Origin: Cyclobacteriaceae bacterium
GTDB taxonomy: Bacteria > Bacteroidota > Bacteroidia > Cytophagales > Cyclobacteriaceae
Length of the DNA: 24,572 bases
Assembly (NCBI GenBank): GCA_036515095.1
Contig: DATBVZ010000665.1
Location: forward strand, 1 to 24,572
Direction of reading: 5' to 3'
Shown in pieces: positions 16,569-24,257 of the stretch (position 1 is its first letter; every line of letters begins with the position of its first letter). The notes beneath the pieces were generated by a model. It was given only the letters and a program-made list of their open reading frames with translations, did no database searches and was not told the origin of the DNA. The position numbers were made by a program, and so were the translations under genes.

Positions 16569-17438
16569 TTACCTCGGCCTACTGCGATGCAAACAAGCGC
16601 ATCCGAACATTTCCCCGCCCCGGAGTACCTTATAGCGCTGTCCGACTTTTTCCGCTTCCCTGACAAATTCACTCACGTCGGCGGTATTAAATGTGAACAT
16701 ATCGTAATGACAGGGGATAACCCATCCCGCATTGATGGCACGTCCAAGCTCCGCCGCTTCCCTGCAATTGAGATTTCCGGCAACTCTCCGTGCAGGATCG
16801 TTGCCATTGATCGGAAGAATGGCGACATCCACGGAAAAGGGTCTTAGCAGATCGACCATGCCATCATACCAAAGTGTGTCTCCGCTGTGGTAGATCGTGC
16901 GATCGCCGAATTGGATAACGTATCCCATGAACCGGCAGTTGCCGTTCTCGTCACGTTCAATCTCGTTGTGCTTCGCCGGGACACCGGTAAAAGTGAATTC
17001 ACCTGCTGTTACGGATGATCCGTCCGTCAGGCCGGTCGGGAAATTCAATCCACATCCGGTTCTTTCGGATACAAACTGCCGGTTGGCTTCCGGGATAATG
17101 AACGTAATTCCCGGGCTATTTTTCAAAACAGGTATCAGCGTCTCTGCATCCAGATGGTCGGTATGATTATGACTTGATGTGACCACCGTGATATTCTTCA
17201 GTAATCCCGGGTCCACCACGCGTTCGCTCATTCGTACGTGCGGCTTTTCAGTCTGTGCATACTTTATGGTAAGGGAATCTGATAAGTACGGATCGATGAG
17301 CACACGTTGACCCCTCCACTGCAGTAAAAATCCGCTTTGACCGAGCCACCAGATATAGAAATTATCTTCATCCGGAACAAAGGCGTCCATCTCAGCGATC
17401 AGGGCCTCATCTTTCTTTATGGCCGGTATATGTTTCAA
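16569..17438 (-). CDS. MBL-fold metallo-hydrolase (UlaG/L-ascorbate-6-phosphate lactonase-like)
   Basis: WWLGQSGFLL, LIDPYLS, SSHNHTDHLD (HxHxDH), IYHSGDT, DVAILPING and IPCHYDMF. The proposed TTG start at 17438 overlaps the upstream TGA (TTGA); the track start at 17570 lies deep inside the upstream gene. Confidence 0.87.
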   Translation of the reverse strand: MKHIPAIKKDEALIAEMDAFVPDEDNFYIWWLGQSGFLLQWRGQRVLIDPYLSDSLTIKYAQTEKPHVRMSERVVDPGLLKNITVVTSSHNHTDHLDAETLIPVLKNSPGITFIIPEANRQFVSERTGCGLNFPTGLTDGSSVTAGEFTFTGVPAKHNEIERDENGNCRFMGYVIQFGDRTIYHSGDTLWYDGMVDLLRPFSVDVAILPINGNDPARRVAGNLNCREAAELGRAINAGWVIPCHYDMFTFNTADVSEFVREAEKVGQRYKVLRGGEMFGCACLHRSRPR

Positions 17439-18463
17439 AGTGTTTCCCTGACGATTTTTGCTCCGCTTACCATGTTCTTCAGCTTCAACCTGGCGGCCCA
17501 ACGGGCAGTCTGGCTCAGGCCGCAATCGGGAGCCACGGAGAAGCGATCGGCAGGAACAAACTGCAGGCAACGCCTGATCCTTTCCGCAACATCGTCGGGC
17601 GTTTCTATGTAGTAGTTCTTTACATCGACTATCCCCGCCGCTACGTGCATTTTTTCCCCGAAGACCTTTAGTAATTCAAGCTCGGCAAATTCACGGTTGG
17701 CCATCTCCACGTGGATCTCGTCTACGGTCAGATCGAGAAAATCCGGGAGCATCGGTTTGATACTGCGGTAGCCGACGGACCTTCCCCTGAAGTTCCCGAA
17801 GCACAGATGCGTACTTAACCTTGTTTTTCCGGTGATGGGTTTTACCGTGCGATTGAAAATATCGACAAAGCGCCTGGTGTCTTCCCGGTACGCGTAACAA
17901 CTCATGGAAGGTTCATCCACGGTGACCTCTTCGCATCCGGCCGCCACCAGGTCTTCAAGCTCTTTGCTTACGATGGGAAGCAGGGCCTCCGTGATTTCAT
18001 AGCGGTCTTTGTAGGTTTTGTTGGGCAGGAGTCGCCCGCTGAGGGTGTAGGGCCCTGGAATGCTTGCCTTCAACACGGGTCCCTTCGGAGCGAGCTTCTT
18101 CAGCCGCACGAATTCCTTTACTGCTCCCAATCCTTCCGGCGCATGAAGTTCGCCCACAATAGTATTCCTCCCCCGCTGGTCATGGGCCGGTGGACCAAAT
18201 TTGCGGGTTTCGGATTGGTTGTTCTCAATTCCTTTTATATAACCGTAAAAGGACAGGTTGAAATCCAGCCGGGTCTGCTCGCCGTCGGTAATAACATCCA
18301 GGCCGGCATTCACCTGATCGTGAATGGCGGCGACAACCGCGTCCTCAATCATCTCTTCAATGTCGGCTGCGCCAAACTTGTCCAGATTCTGTGAAGCAAA
18401 TTCCAACCATCCTGGAAAGGGATAACTGCCGATCACCGTTGTACGAATGGGAATTGATTGCAT
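17435..18463 (-). CDS. Cobalamin-independent methionine synthase II family (Meth_synt_2) single-barrel Zn enzyme; function uncertain
   Basis: TTVIGSYP, GLDVITDGEQ.R, VDEP, Zn ligands HLC (STHLCFGN), Glu in HVEMA and Cys in APDCG. At 342 aa it lacks the N-terminal folate-binding barrel of MetE. Confidence 0.88.
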   Translation of the reverse strand: MQSIPIRTTVIGSYPFPGWLEFASQNLDKFGAADIEEMIEDAVVAAIHDQVNAGLDVITDGEQTRLDFNLSFYGYIKGIENNQSETRKFGPPAHDQRGRNTIVGELHAPEGLGAVKEFVRLKKLAPKGPVLKASIPGPYTLSGRLLPNKTYKDRYEITEALLPIVSKELEDLVAAGCEEVTVDEPSMSCYAYREDTRRFVDIFNRTVKPITGKTRLSTHLCFGNFRGRSVGYRSIKPMLPDFLDLTVDEIHVEMANREFAELELLKVFGEKMHVAAGIVDVKNYYIETPDDVAERIRRCLQFVPADRFSVAPDCGLSQTARWAARLKLKNMVSGAKIVRETL

Positions 18464-18485
18464 GCTCTTCGATTTTTTGAGGTAG

Positions 18486-19271
18486 TTACTTTTTCATACC
18501 TACGCCGGCGTATAGCCTGGCTAGACGATGCGCGTGTTCGTCGTAGGCGCTTTCAAATAAGGATACGGCCCGTTCCTTTCCGACGATCGCTGCGCTGGTT
18601 AGCACCTTTGGAGGATCGCCGGCATCCGTCAACAACTTGGCTACTTCGGCTTTGATGCAGTTAATGAGCATGGCACCGCCTACCGTGGAACCCGGTGATA
18701 CAGGGGTATCCAACCCGGGAACGTGAACCATTGCATCACCCACGGGCGCACCGGTATCCAGTACGATGTCGGCAAAGTCGGTGAGCTTTTTGCCGTCACC
18801 GCGTTTGCTCTCGGTTTTTTCCAGGTGTGCCAGGGTGACCAGGGCTACAACCCGGATCTTGTTTTGCCGGAAAAGCTCGGCCACCTCAACGGGAACGTTA
18901 TTGCAGCCGCTGGATGATATCACCAGGGCAGAGTCCTTCGCGTTCAGGTCATAGTTGCGCAGTATGCGTTCGGCCAATCCCGAAACATTTTCCAGAAACA
19001 TGGCCTGACGCTGGCCGTTGGCACCGACGACGAGGTTGTGAAACGTGAGTGACAACTCTACTATCGGATTATAGCCCGGATAGGATCCGTATCGCGGCCA
19101 CATCTCCTCAACCATAATGCGGCTGTGGCCACTGCCGAATACGTGCACCATACGGCCGGAAAGTATGGTTTCGGCAAACCAGCGCGCGGTCTCTGTGATC
19201 TTATGCTGCTGCGCGGTAACGGTGTCAATGATTTCGCGGCACCGCTGCAGGTACATTTCCGTAAGACTCAT
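18486..19271 (-). CDS. SIS-domain protein, UPF0309/NagS-like
   Basis: VHVFGSGHS, PRYGS, FLENVSGLA, VISSSGCN.VPVE, DIVLDTGAPVGDA and SPGSTV. Confidence 0.87.
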   Translation of the reverse strand: MSLTEMYLQRCREIIDTVTAQQHKITETARWFAETILSGRMVHVFGSGHSRIMVEEMWPRYGSYPGYNPIVELSLTFHNLVVGANGQRQAMFLENVSGLAERILRNYDLNAKDSALVISSSGCNNVPVEVAELFRQNKIRVVALVTLAHLEKTESKRGDGKKLTDFADIVLDTGAPVGDAMVHVPGLDTPVSPGSTVGGAMLINCIKAEVAKLLTDAGDPPKVLTSAAIVGKERAVSLFESAYDEHAHRLARLYAGVGMKK

Positions 19272-20176
19272 ATGGCTGACAATTCTAATCCCTTGATTAC
19301 GTCTCCGGCATAACAGGCTGCGCCGATAGCCCCGGCCAAATCGCCTTGCTGTGCTTTTACGATCTCAACCCGGTTTCCACCCGCTCTCCATTCGTATTCG
19401 GCAACAAGCCTTTCGAGCGGTTCAAAGAGGTCCTTACCAGCCTCGGTGATGCCGCCGCCCAGCACAATGACTTCCGGAGAAAGGATGTTGGTGATCGAAA
19501 CTATACCTACCGCCAGTTTTCTTAGGGAGGTAGTCCAGACTTCGTTGGCAAAACCATCACCATTGCGCACAGCCTTCAACAACCCGTGTGTGGAAGAGAA
19601 CCTTCCCTGAGAGCGTTTCGACACGGTGGCATTGCCAATGGAATCCTCCAGGCTTCCCGGTGTGCCGGTTACCCCCGCGTCGCCCTGGTCGTTGATCACC
19701 ATATGCCCGATGTGACCGGCTTTGTTGAAAGCACCGAGGTACGGTTTACCATCGATCATGATCGCTCCGCCAACCCCCGTCCCCAGAGTAAGCATCACCA
19801 CATGTTTCCTGTCCTTTGCTGCGCCAAACTTTGCCTCGGCGATCATCGCAGCAACCGCATCGTTCAATACCACAGTTTCAATGCCGAGAAGATCTTTCCA
19901 AATAAGATTTTCGAGTCCCTGCATCCGCCCCGGCATTACCGCTATCGCCGAATGATCGGCGTTGGGCAGGCCGGGCGCGGCAATCCCAACCCGCGCCTGG
20001 TTGCCGGACTTCTTTCTCAGGTCGGCAACGATAGTGGCAATGGCATTTTTCCAAATGCGGCTGTCGCCATCATGCGTTGAAGTATATTGCTGATGCAATA
20101 CGGTCCCTGTTTTGTCCACCAACACGGCTTTTATCCGCGTGGCGCCAAGGTCAACTCCAATTTCGGCGGCTTCCAT
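19268..20176 (-). CDS. ROK family sugar kinase with atypical substrate and Zn motifs
   Basis: GVDLGAT, NDAVAAMIAEAKFGA, LTLGTGVGG, LGGGIT and AGAIGAA. Its TGA overlaps the SIS ATG by 4 nt. Confidence 0.9.
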   Translation of the reverse strand: MEAAEIGVDLGATRIKAVLVDKTGTVLHQQYTSTHDGDSRIWKNAIATIVADLRKKSGNQARVGIAAPGLPNADHSAIAVMPGRMQGLENLIWKDLLGIETVVLNDAVAAMIAEAKFGAAKDRKHVVMLTLGTGVGGAIMIDGKPYLGAFNKAGHIGHMVINDQGDAGVTGTPGSLEDSIGNATVSKRSQGRFSSTHGLLKAVRNGDGFANEVWTTSLRKLAVGIVSITNILSPEVIVLGGGITEAGKDLFEPLERLVAEYEWRAGGNRVEIVKAQQGDLAGAIGAACYAGDVIKGLELSAI

Positions 20177-20206
20177 CCCTTGTTCCCGATTTATGTTAAA
20201 CGCTTC

Positions 20207-21004
20207 TCATTCGTTAATCTGTCCATCGCTTACGCTCCAGGCACCATCCACCGCTACGACCTGCCCGGTGGTGAATTTTGAGGCTTCGCTCATAAAATAT
20301 ACCGCAAGTCCGTCGAGGTCGTCAGGACGGCCAATCCTTCCCCCGTCCAGTGGCTGTTTGGTTGTTGTAAATGACATGATCGCCTTGTCCCCGGCAGCGC
20401 GCTGAGCCATGGGCGTTTCGATCAGTCCCGGGGCGATCACGTTTATGCGTATGTTGTATTTCGCGTAGTACGACGCAATGGATTTGCTGAATCCTATAAC
20501 TGCAGATTTTGCCGCAGCATACGCGTGGGTTGTAAAGTATTGCGATGAAGGAGAGGTAGCAAGTACGGATCCCATATTCAGGATGGTCCCTGGTTTCTTG
20601 CGGTTGAGCAAATAATTGATCGCTGCCCGGTTGGAAAGCATGAGTGAGGTCAGGTTTAAGGCCAGTGTCTTGTTCCATCCGTCCAGTGACAGCTCGTGCA
20701 GCGGCCCGTCGCCAACTTGTCTGCCGCTGCCACCGGCAACGTGATACAATCCGTCGAAACCCCCGAATTCGTTATGGCATAGTCCGATGGCATTGGTGGC
20801 TGTTCCTTCTTCCACGGCATCTCCCTGAATAGCGATCGCCTTTTTGCCCAGGCGCGTTTGCGCTGCGTAGCTACTGGCATCATCCATCCCCACGATTACG
20901 ACCCTTGCTCCACTTTCAATGAATGCAGCGGCCGCTGAAAGCCCGATACCGGTGGTACCGCCGATGATCACTAACGATTTATTCTCCAGATGTATGCCCT
21001 TCAT
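20207..21004 (-). CDS. Classical SDR NAD(P)-dependent oxidoreductase
   Basis: IIGGTTGIG, NMGS, YAAAK (YxxxK), RINVIAPGLIETPM and FTTGQVVAVDG. Confidence 0.93.
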   Translation of the reverse strand: MKGIHLENKSLVIIGGTTGIGLSAAAAFIESGARVVIVGMDDASSYAAQTRLGKKAIAIQGDAVEEGTATNAIGLCHNEFGGFDGLYHVAGGSGRQVGDGPLHELSLDGWNKTLALNLTSLMLSNRAAINYLLNRKKPGTILNMGSVLATSPSSQYFTTHAYAAAKSAVIGFSKSIASYYAKYNIRINVIAPGLIETPMAQRAAGDKAIMSFTTTKQPLDGGRIGRPDDLDGLAVYFMSEASKFTTGQVVAVDGAWSVSDGQINE

Positions 21005-21214
21005 GGGTGTAGCACTGTCATTATTTCCTCAGCAATAATGCAGTATGAATTGGCATTAAGTTAAGGTAATCATTTGTTTTTTTGCCAACTTGGATGGCAT
21101 TTTAGTTGCCGGTTGTTTGGTGCAGCCTGACACAAAAACGGGCATAATTAGGTGTATTGTGTAAGGGCACATACCACCGGGCACAATGCCTGCAGTTTCA
21201 TTCACAATCAAAGC

Positions 21215-22276
21215 ATGCTGATGCGAATCTTTGTAACCGTTTTGATGCATGTGCTTCTTTGCCCGGATCTCCGTGGCCAGCCAAATGATCCGCCTTCATT
21301 CATTAAAGGAGTGTATGGCAATCCAGGTGCGTTATTGACAGAAGGGCATTCTTTCCGGTCACTGGGAGTGAATGCCGTCTTTGTGAGAAGCATTTCACTG
21401 GATGAATCATTGATGCGGTCGGCGAAGCAACAGGGCGTTCGTGTTTACGTGGAATTTCCAACCTTGAACGGGAAGGGATACGTGGAAGAACATCCTGAAG
21501 CATGGCCAGTCAATGAACGTGGTCAAAAATCCCCCGCCGCCGATTGGTTCATGGGTGTTTGCCCGACGGACCCGGATTTCAGGTCTTACCGGATGACTCA
21601 GCTGCGATCCATTCTAAGCTCTTTCGACGTAGACGGTATCTGGCTTGATTATCTCCACTGGCATGCGCAGTTTGAAACACCTGAACCAATTCTTCCGGAA
21701 ACCTGCTTCTGTGACCGCTGCATTAAACAGTTTGCAAATGCACAGGATCTTACCGTTCCGGAAGGCGAGACCGCATATCGAGCACACTGGATACGCTCCA
21801 ATCAGGATTCATCGTGGAGGGAATGGAGGTGCGGTATTGTAACGAACTGGGTAAGGGATATAGGGAACGAAGCAGATGCCTTGCGCCCTGGCATCTTGCT
21901 GGGCCTTTTTTATTGTGCGTGGTATCCTGATGATTTCGATGGCGCGCTTACGAGGATAATGGGCATCGATTTGAAAGCGCTGGCGGAAATTGCGGACGTA
22001 TTTTCGCCGATGCTATTCCATAGCATGATGGGCCGGTCTGTAACCTGGGTCAAGGAATATCCCGCGTGGCTTCGATCGTATGTCGGACCAGCGCCACTCA
22101 TCTGGCCGATTGTACAGGCGCACAACAAGCCTGGTATGGTCACCGCTAACGAATTCCGGCAGGTGATGATCAATGGATCGGCGCCGCCTTCCAGCGGGAT
22201 AATGATGTTTTCGGAGCAGTCGCTACTGGCCGATGATGAAAAGCTTCTGGTTTTGAAGTTACTTTATAACGACTAG
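21215..22276 (+). CDS. Secreted glycosyl-hydrolase-like 10 (GHL10/DUF187-type) TIM-barrel protein; tentative
   Basis: Signal peptide from ATG 21215 or 21221; GVCPTDP...FDVDGIWLDYLHW, CFCDRC and DVFSPMLFH resemble GHL10-type proteins. Confidence 0.65.
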   Translation: MLMRIFVTVLMHVLLCPDLRGQPNDPPSFIKGVYGNPGALLTEGHSFRSLGVNAVFVRSISLDESLMRSAKQQGVRVYVEFPTLNGKGYVEEHPEAWPVNERGQKSPAADWFMGVCPTDPDFRSYRMTQLRSILSSFDVDGIWLDYLHWHAQFETPEPILPETCFCDRCIKQFANAQDLTVPEGETAYRAHWIRSNQDSSWREWRCGIVTNWVRDIGNEADALRPGILLGLFYCAWYPDDFDGALTRIMGIDLKALAEIADVFSPMLFHSMMGRSVTWVKEYPAWLRSYVGPAPLIWPIVQAHNKPGMVTANEFRQVMINGSAPPSSGIMMFSEQSLLADDEKLLVLKLLYND

Positions 22277-22301
22277 CGCAGGGCACCATACCTTTTATAC
22301 A

Positions 22302-23372
22302 ATGCTGCTGAATCTCACAGGTGGTTTTCTGGGAAGCGGTAAAACTACGGCCATTGCAGGCGCATGCCGGCAGTTGATGGCTGCCAACAGAACGGTGGGC
22401 GTGATCACCAATGACCAGGGTGAACAACAGGTGGATACGCTTTCGCTGGAGAATTTGGACATACCGGTACGCGAAGTGGCAAACGGTTGCTTTTGCTGCA
22501 ACTACGATCAGCTCGATGCGCATATCCGATCCCTGGAACTGCAACGGCCGCCGGATGTGCTCTTCGCGGAATCTGTCGGCACGTGCACTGATCTGATAGC
22601 AACAATCGCAAAACCCTTGAACCTTGATCGACCGGACATCAGTGTTGTCATTTCTGTTTTTGCCGATGCGGCCTTTCTGGCTTCTTTACTGGAAGGTACT
22701 TCCCTGTTTATTGAAGAGACGGTCCGCTATATTTATCGAAAGCAATTGGAGGAAGCCGACCTGTTGATAATAAATAAAGTTGACCTGGTACGGCCTCCGC
22801 AAAGAGAAAGAATAGCGGGCATGCTGGCTTCGGAGTATCCGGGTAAGACGGTTTTGTACCAGAACTCCAGAAAGGATTCGGACATAACCCGATGGATTGA
22901 ATTAGCCGGAAGTTGCCGGCCTGCACGGCGAGTATCCCTGGAACTGGATTACGCTGTCTACGGAGCAGGAGAAGCGCAGCTGGCCTGGCTTGACAAGAGG
23001 ATAAGCATAGTGGGCCAGGGTGGGGCAGTAGTGATTGCCCGCAGGATCATGGATGGCATATTCCGCCGCATTCAGGAGCAGCGATTGTTTATCGGGCATC
23101 TCAAGTTTTTTGTTGAAACGGAGCGGTGGAAAAAAAAGATCAGTTTTACTCCTTCCACGACCGATTTTCCTTTGTTGCCGGACGATCGTGACATAAGAAA
23201 TGTGAATATGGTCATTAATGCAAGAGTTCAAACCGATCCTCAACTGCTAACCGGAATAGTTGATGAAGTCATTGAACGTGCTTCACGGTCCGGCAATGTG
23301 ATCATCCCGGGCGACTGGTCGGCTTTCGTTCCGGGATATCCGAGGCCTGCGCGGAGGATAGTAGGTGAATGA
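22302..23372 (+). CDS. COG0523/CobW-P47K family G3E GTPase (putative metallochaperone)
   Basis: Walker A GGFLGSGKTT, ITNDQG, GCFCC metal motif, AESVGTC, QLEEAD and NKVD. The C-terminal domain contains GEAQLAWL and IGHLK. Confidence 0.9.
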   Translation: MLLNLTGGFLGSGKTTAIAGACRQLMAANRTVGVITNDQGEQQVDTLSLENLDIPVREVANGCFCCNYDQLDAHIRSLELQRPPDVLFAESVGTCTDLIATIAKPLNLDRPDISVVISVFADAAFLASLLEGTSLFIEETVRYIYRKQLEEADLLIINKVDLVRPPQRERIAGMLASEYPGKTVLYQNSRKDSDITRWIELAGSCRPARRVSLELDYAVYGAGEAQLAWLDKRISIVGQGGAVVIARRIMDGIFRRIQEQRLFIGHLKFFVETERWKKKISFTPSTTDFPLLPDDRDIRNVNMVINARVQTDPQLLTGIVDEVIERASRSGNVIIPGDWSAFVPGYPRPARRIVGE

Positions 23373-23392
23373 GTGAATGAGCGAATGAATGG
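23365..23392 (+). repeat. Octamer tandem repeat GTGA ATGAGTGA ATGAGCGA ATGA ATGG overlapping the GTPase stop codon
   Basis: 23 bp are identical to 6493-6515. Confidence 0.88.
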
Positions 23393-23468
23393 TAGGACGC
23401 GGCCGCTTCTGCACCTGCTCCTGACCATTCTCCGGAAACCATTATCTTGGAAGCCTAAATGATATTTT

Positions 23469-23678
23469 ATGGCAAAGTTTATAGAACTCCAGGTGTCGGA
23501 TGATGAGGAAATAAAGACGGAACTGATCAATGTGGATTCCGTGGGCAGGATCTATCCAAGCCCCCAAAACAGCACAAAGAGTATCGTGGAATTGAGTTAT
23601 CACAGCATGAACGACGCCCCGGTCTACCTCGAGGTGAATATGCCCTATGAGCGTTTGCGATTGAAGTTCTTGGAATGA
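23469..23678 (+). CDS. Small hypothetical protein (69 aa), possibly FlbD/SwrD-like beta fold
   Basis: AT-rich leader typical of Bacteroidota translation starts and a clean fit between neighbouring genes. Pattern FIEL...ELINVDSVGRIYP...YLEVNMPYERL. Confidence 0.65.
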   Translation: MAKFIELQVSDDEEIKTELINVDSVGRIYPSPQNSTKSIVELSYHSMNDAPVYLEVNMPYERLRLKFLE

Positions 23679-23788
23679 TGTTGTAAATTGTGCACCCTCT
23701 CCTCTTAGTTTTTGCGGGAAACCATACATTTTCCGCCAAATTCGTCTGGAAATGGATATTTTAATATAAAATTACACAAGTAAAAGCT

Positions 23789-24247
23789 ATGGGTAAGTCA
23801 CGGGAAACATGGAATAAGAAAGAGACCGAGAAAAAAAAGCGCAAAAAGCGGATGGACAAGGAGCAAAAGAAGGAGGAGAGAAAGGCCAGCGCGAAAGAAG
23901 GCGGTACCTCCCTTGACGACATGATTGCCTATGTGGATGAGGACGGCAATATCACATCAACCCCTCCGGACCCTGCAAAAAAGAGGGTCATTAAGGAAGA
24001 GGACATAAGGATCGGTATCCCCAGACAGGATCCGTCGCAACAGCTGGACCCCATTCGGAAGGGAACAGTTTCATTCTTCAACGACTCCAAAGGATACGGC
24101 TTTATTAAGGATCACGAGACCCAGGAAAGTATTTTTGTTCACGCCAACGGACTGGTCGATCAGATCAGAGAAAATGATAAAGTAACCTTTGAAGTGGAAA
24201 TGGGTCACAAGGGACCGAATGCAGTTGGTGTAAAACTAATCCGCTAA
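23789..24247 (+). CDS. Cold-shock domain protein with Lys/Glu-rich N-terminal extension
   Basis: RNP-1 KGYGFI and RNP-2 IFVH, plus GTVSFFN and KGPNAV. The N-terminal MGKSRETWNKKE and YVDEDGNITSTPPDP motifs are typical of the Bacteroidota form. Confidence 0.93.
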   Translation: MGKSRETWNKKETEKKKRKKRMDKEQKKEERKASAKEGGTSLDDMIAYVDEDGNITSTPPDPAKKRVIKEEDIRIGIPRQDPSQQLDPIRKGTVSFFNDSKGYGFIKDHETQESIFVHANGLVDQIRENDKVTFEVEMGHKGPNAVGVKLIR

Positions 24248-24257
24248 TGTGGAACGA

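Noticed and set aside
21005-21214. Search for a SAM or cobalamin riboswitch, or a Zur box, upstream of the MetE-like operon and the COG0523 unit
   Set aside because: No conserved riboswitch core or convincing palindrome was visible. A covariance-model scan would be needed to exclude one.
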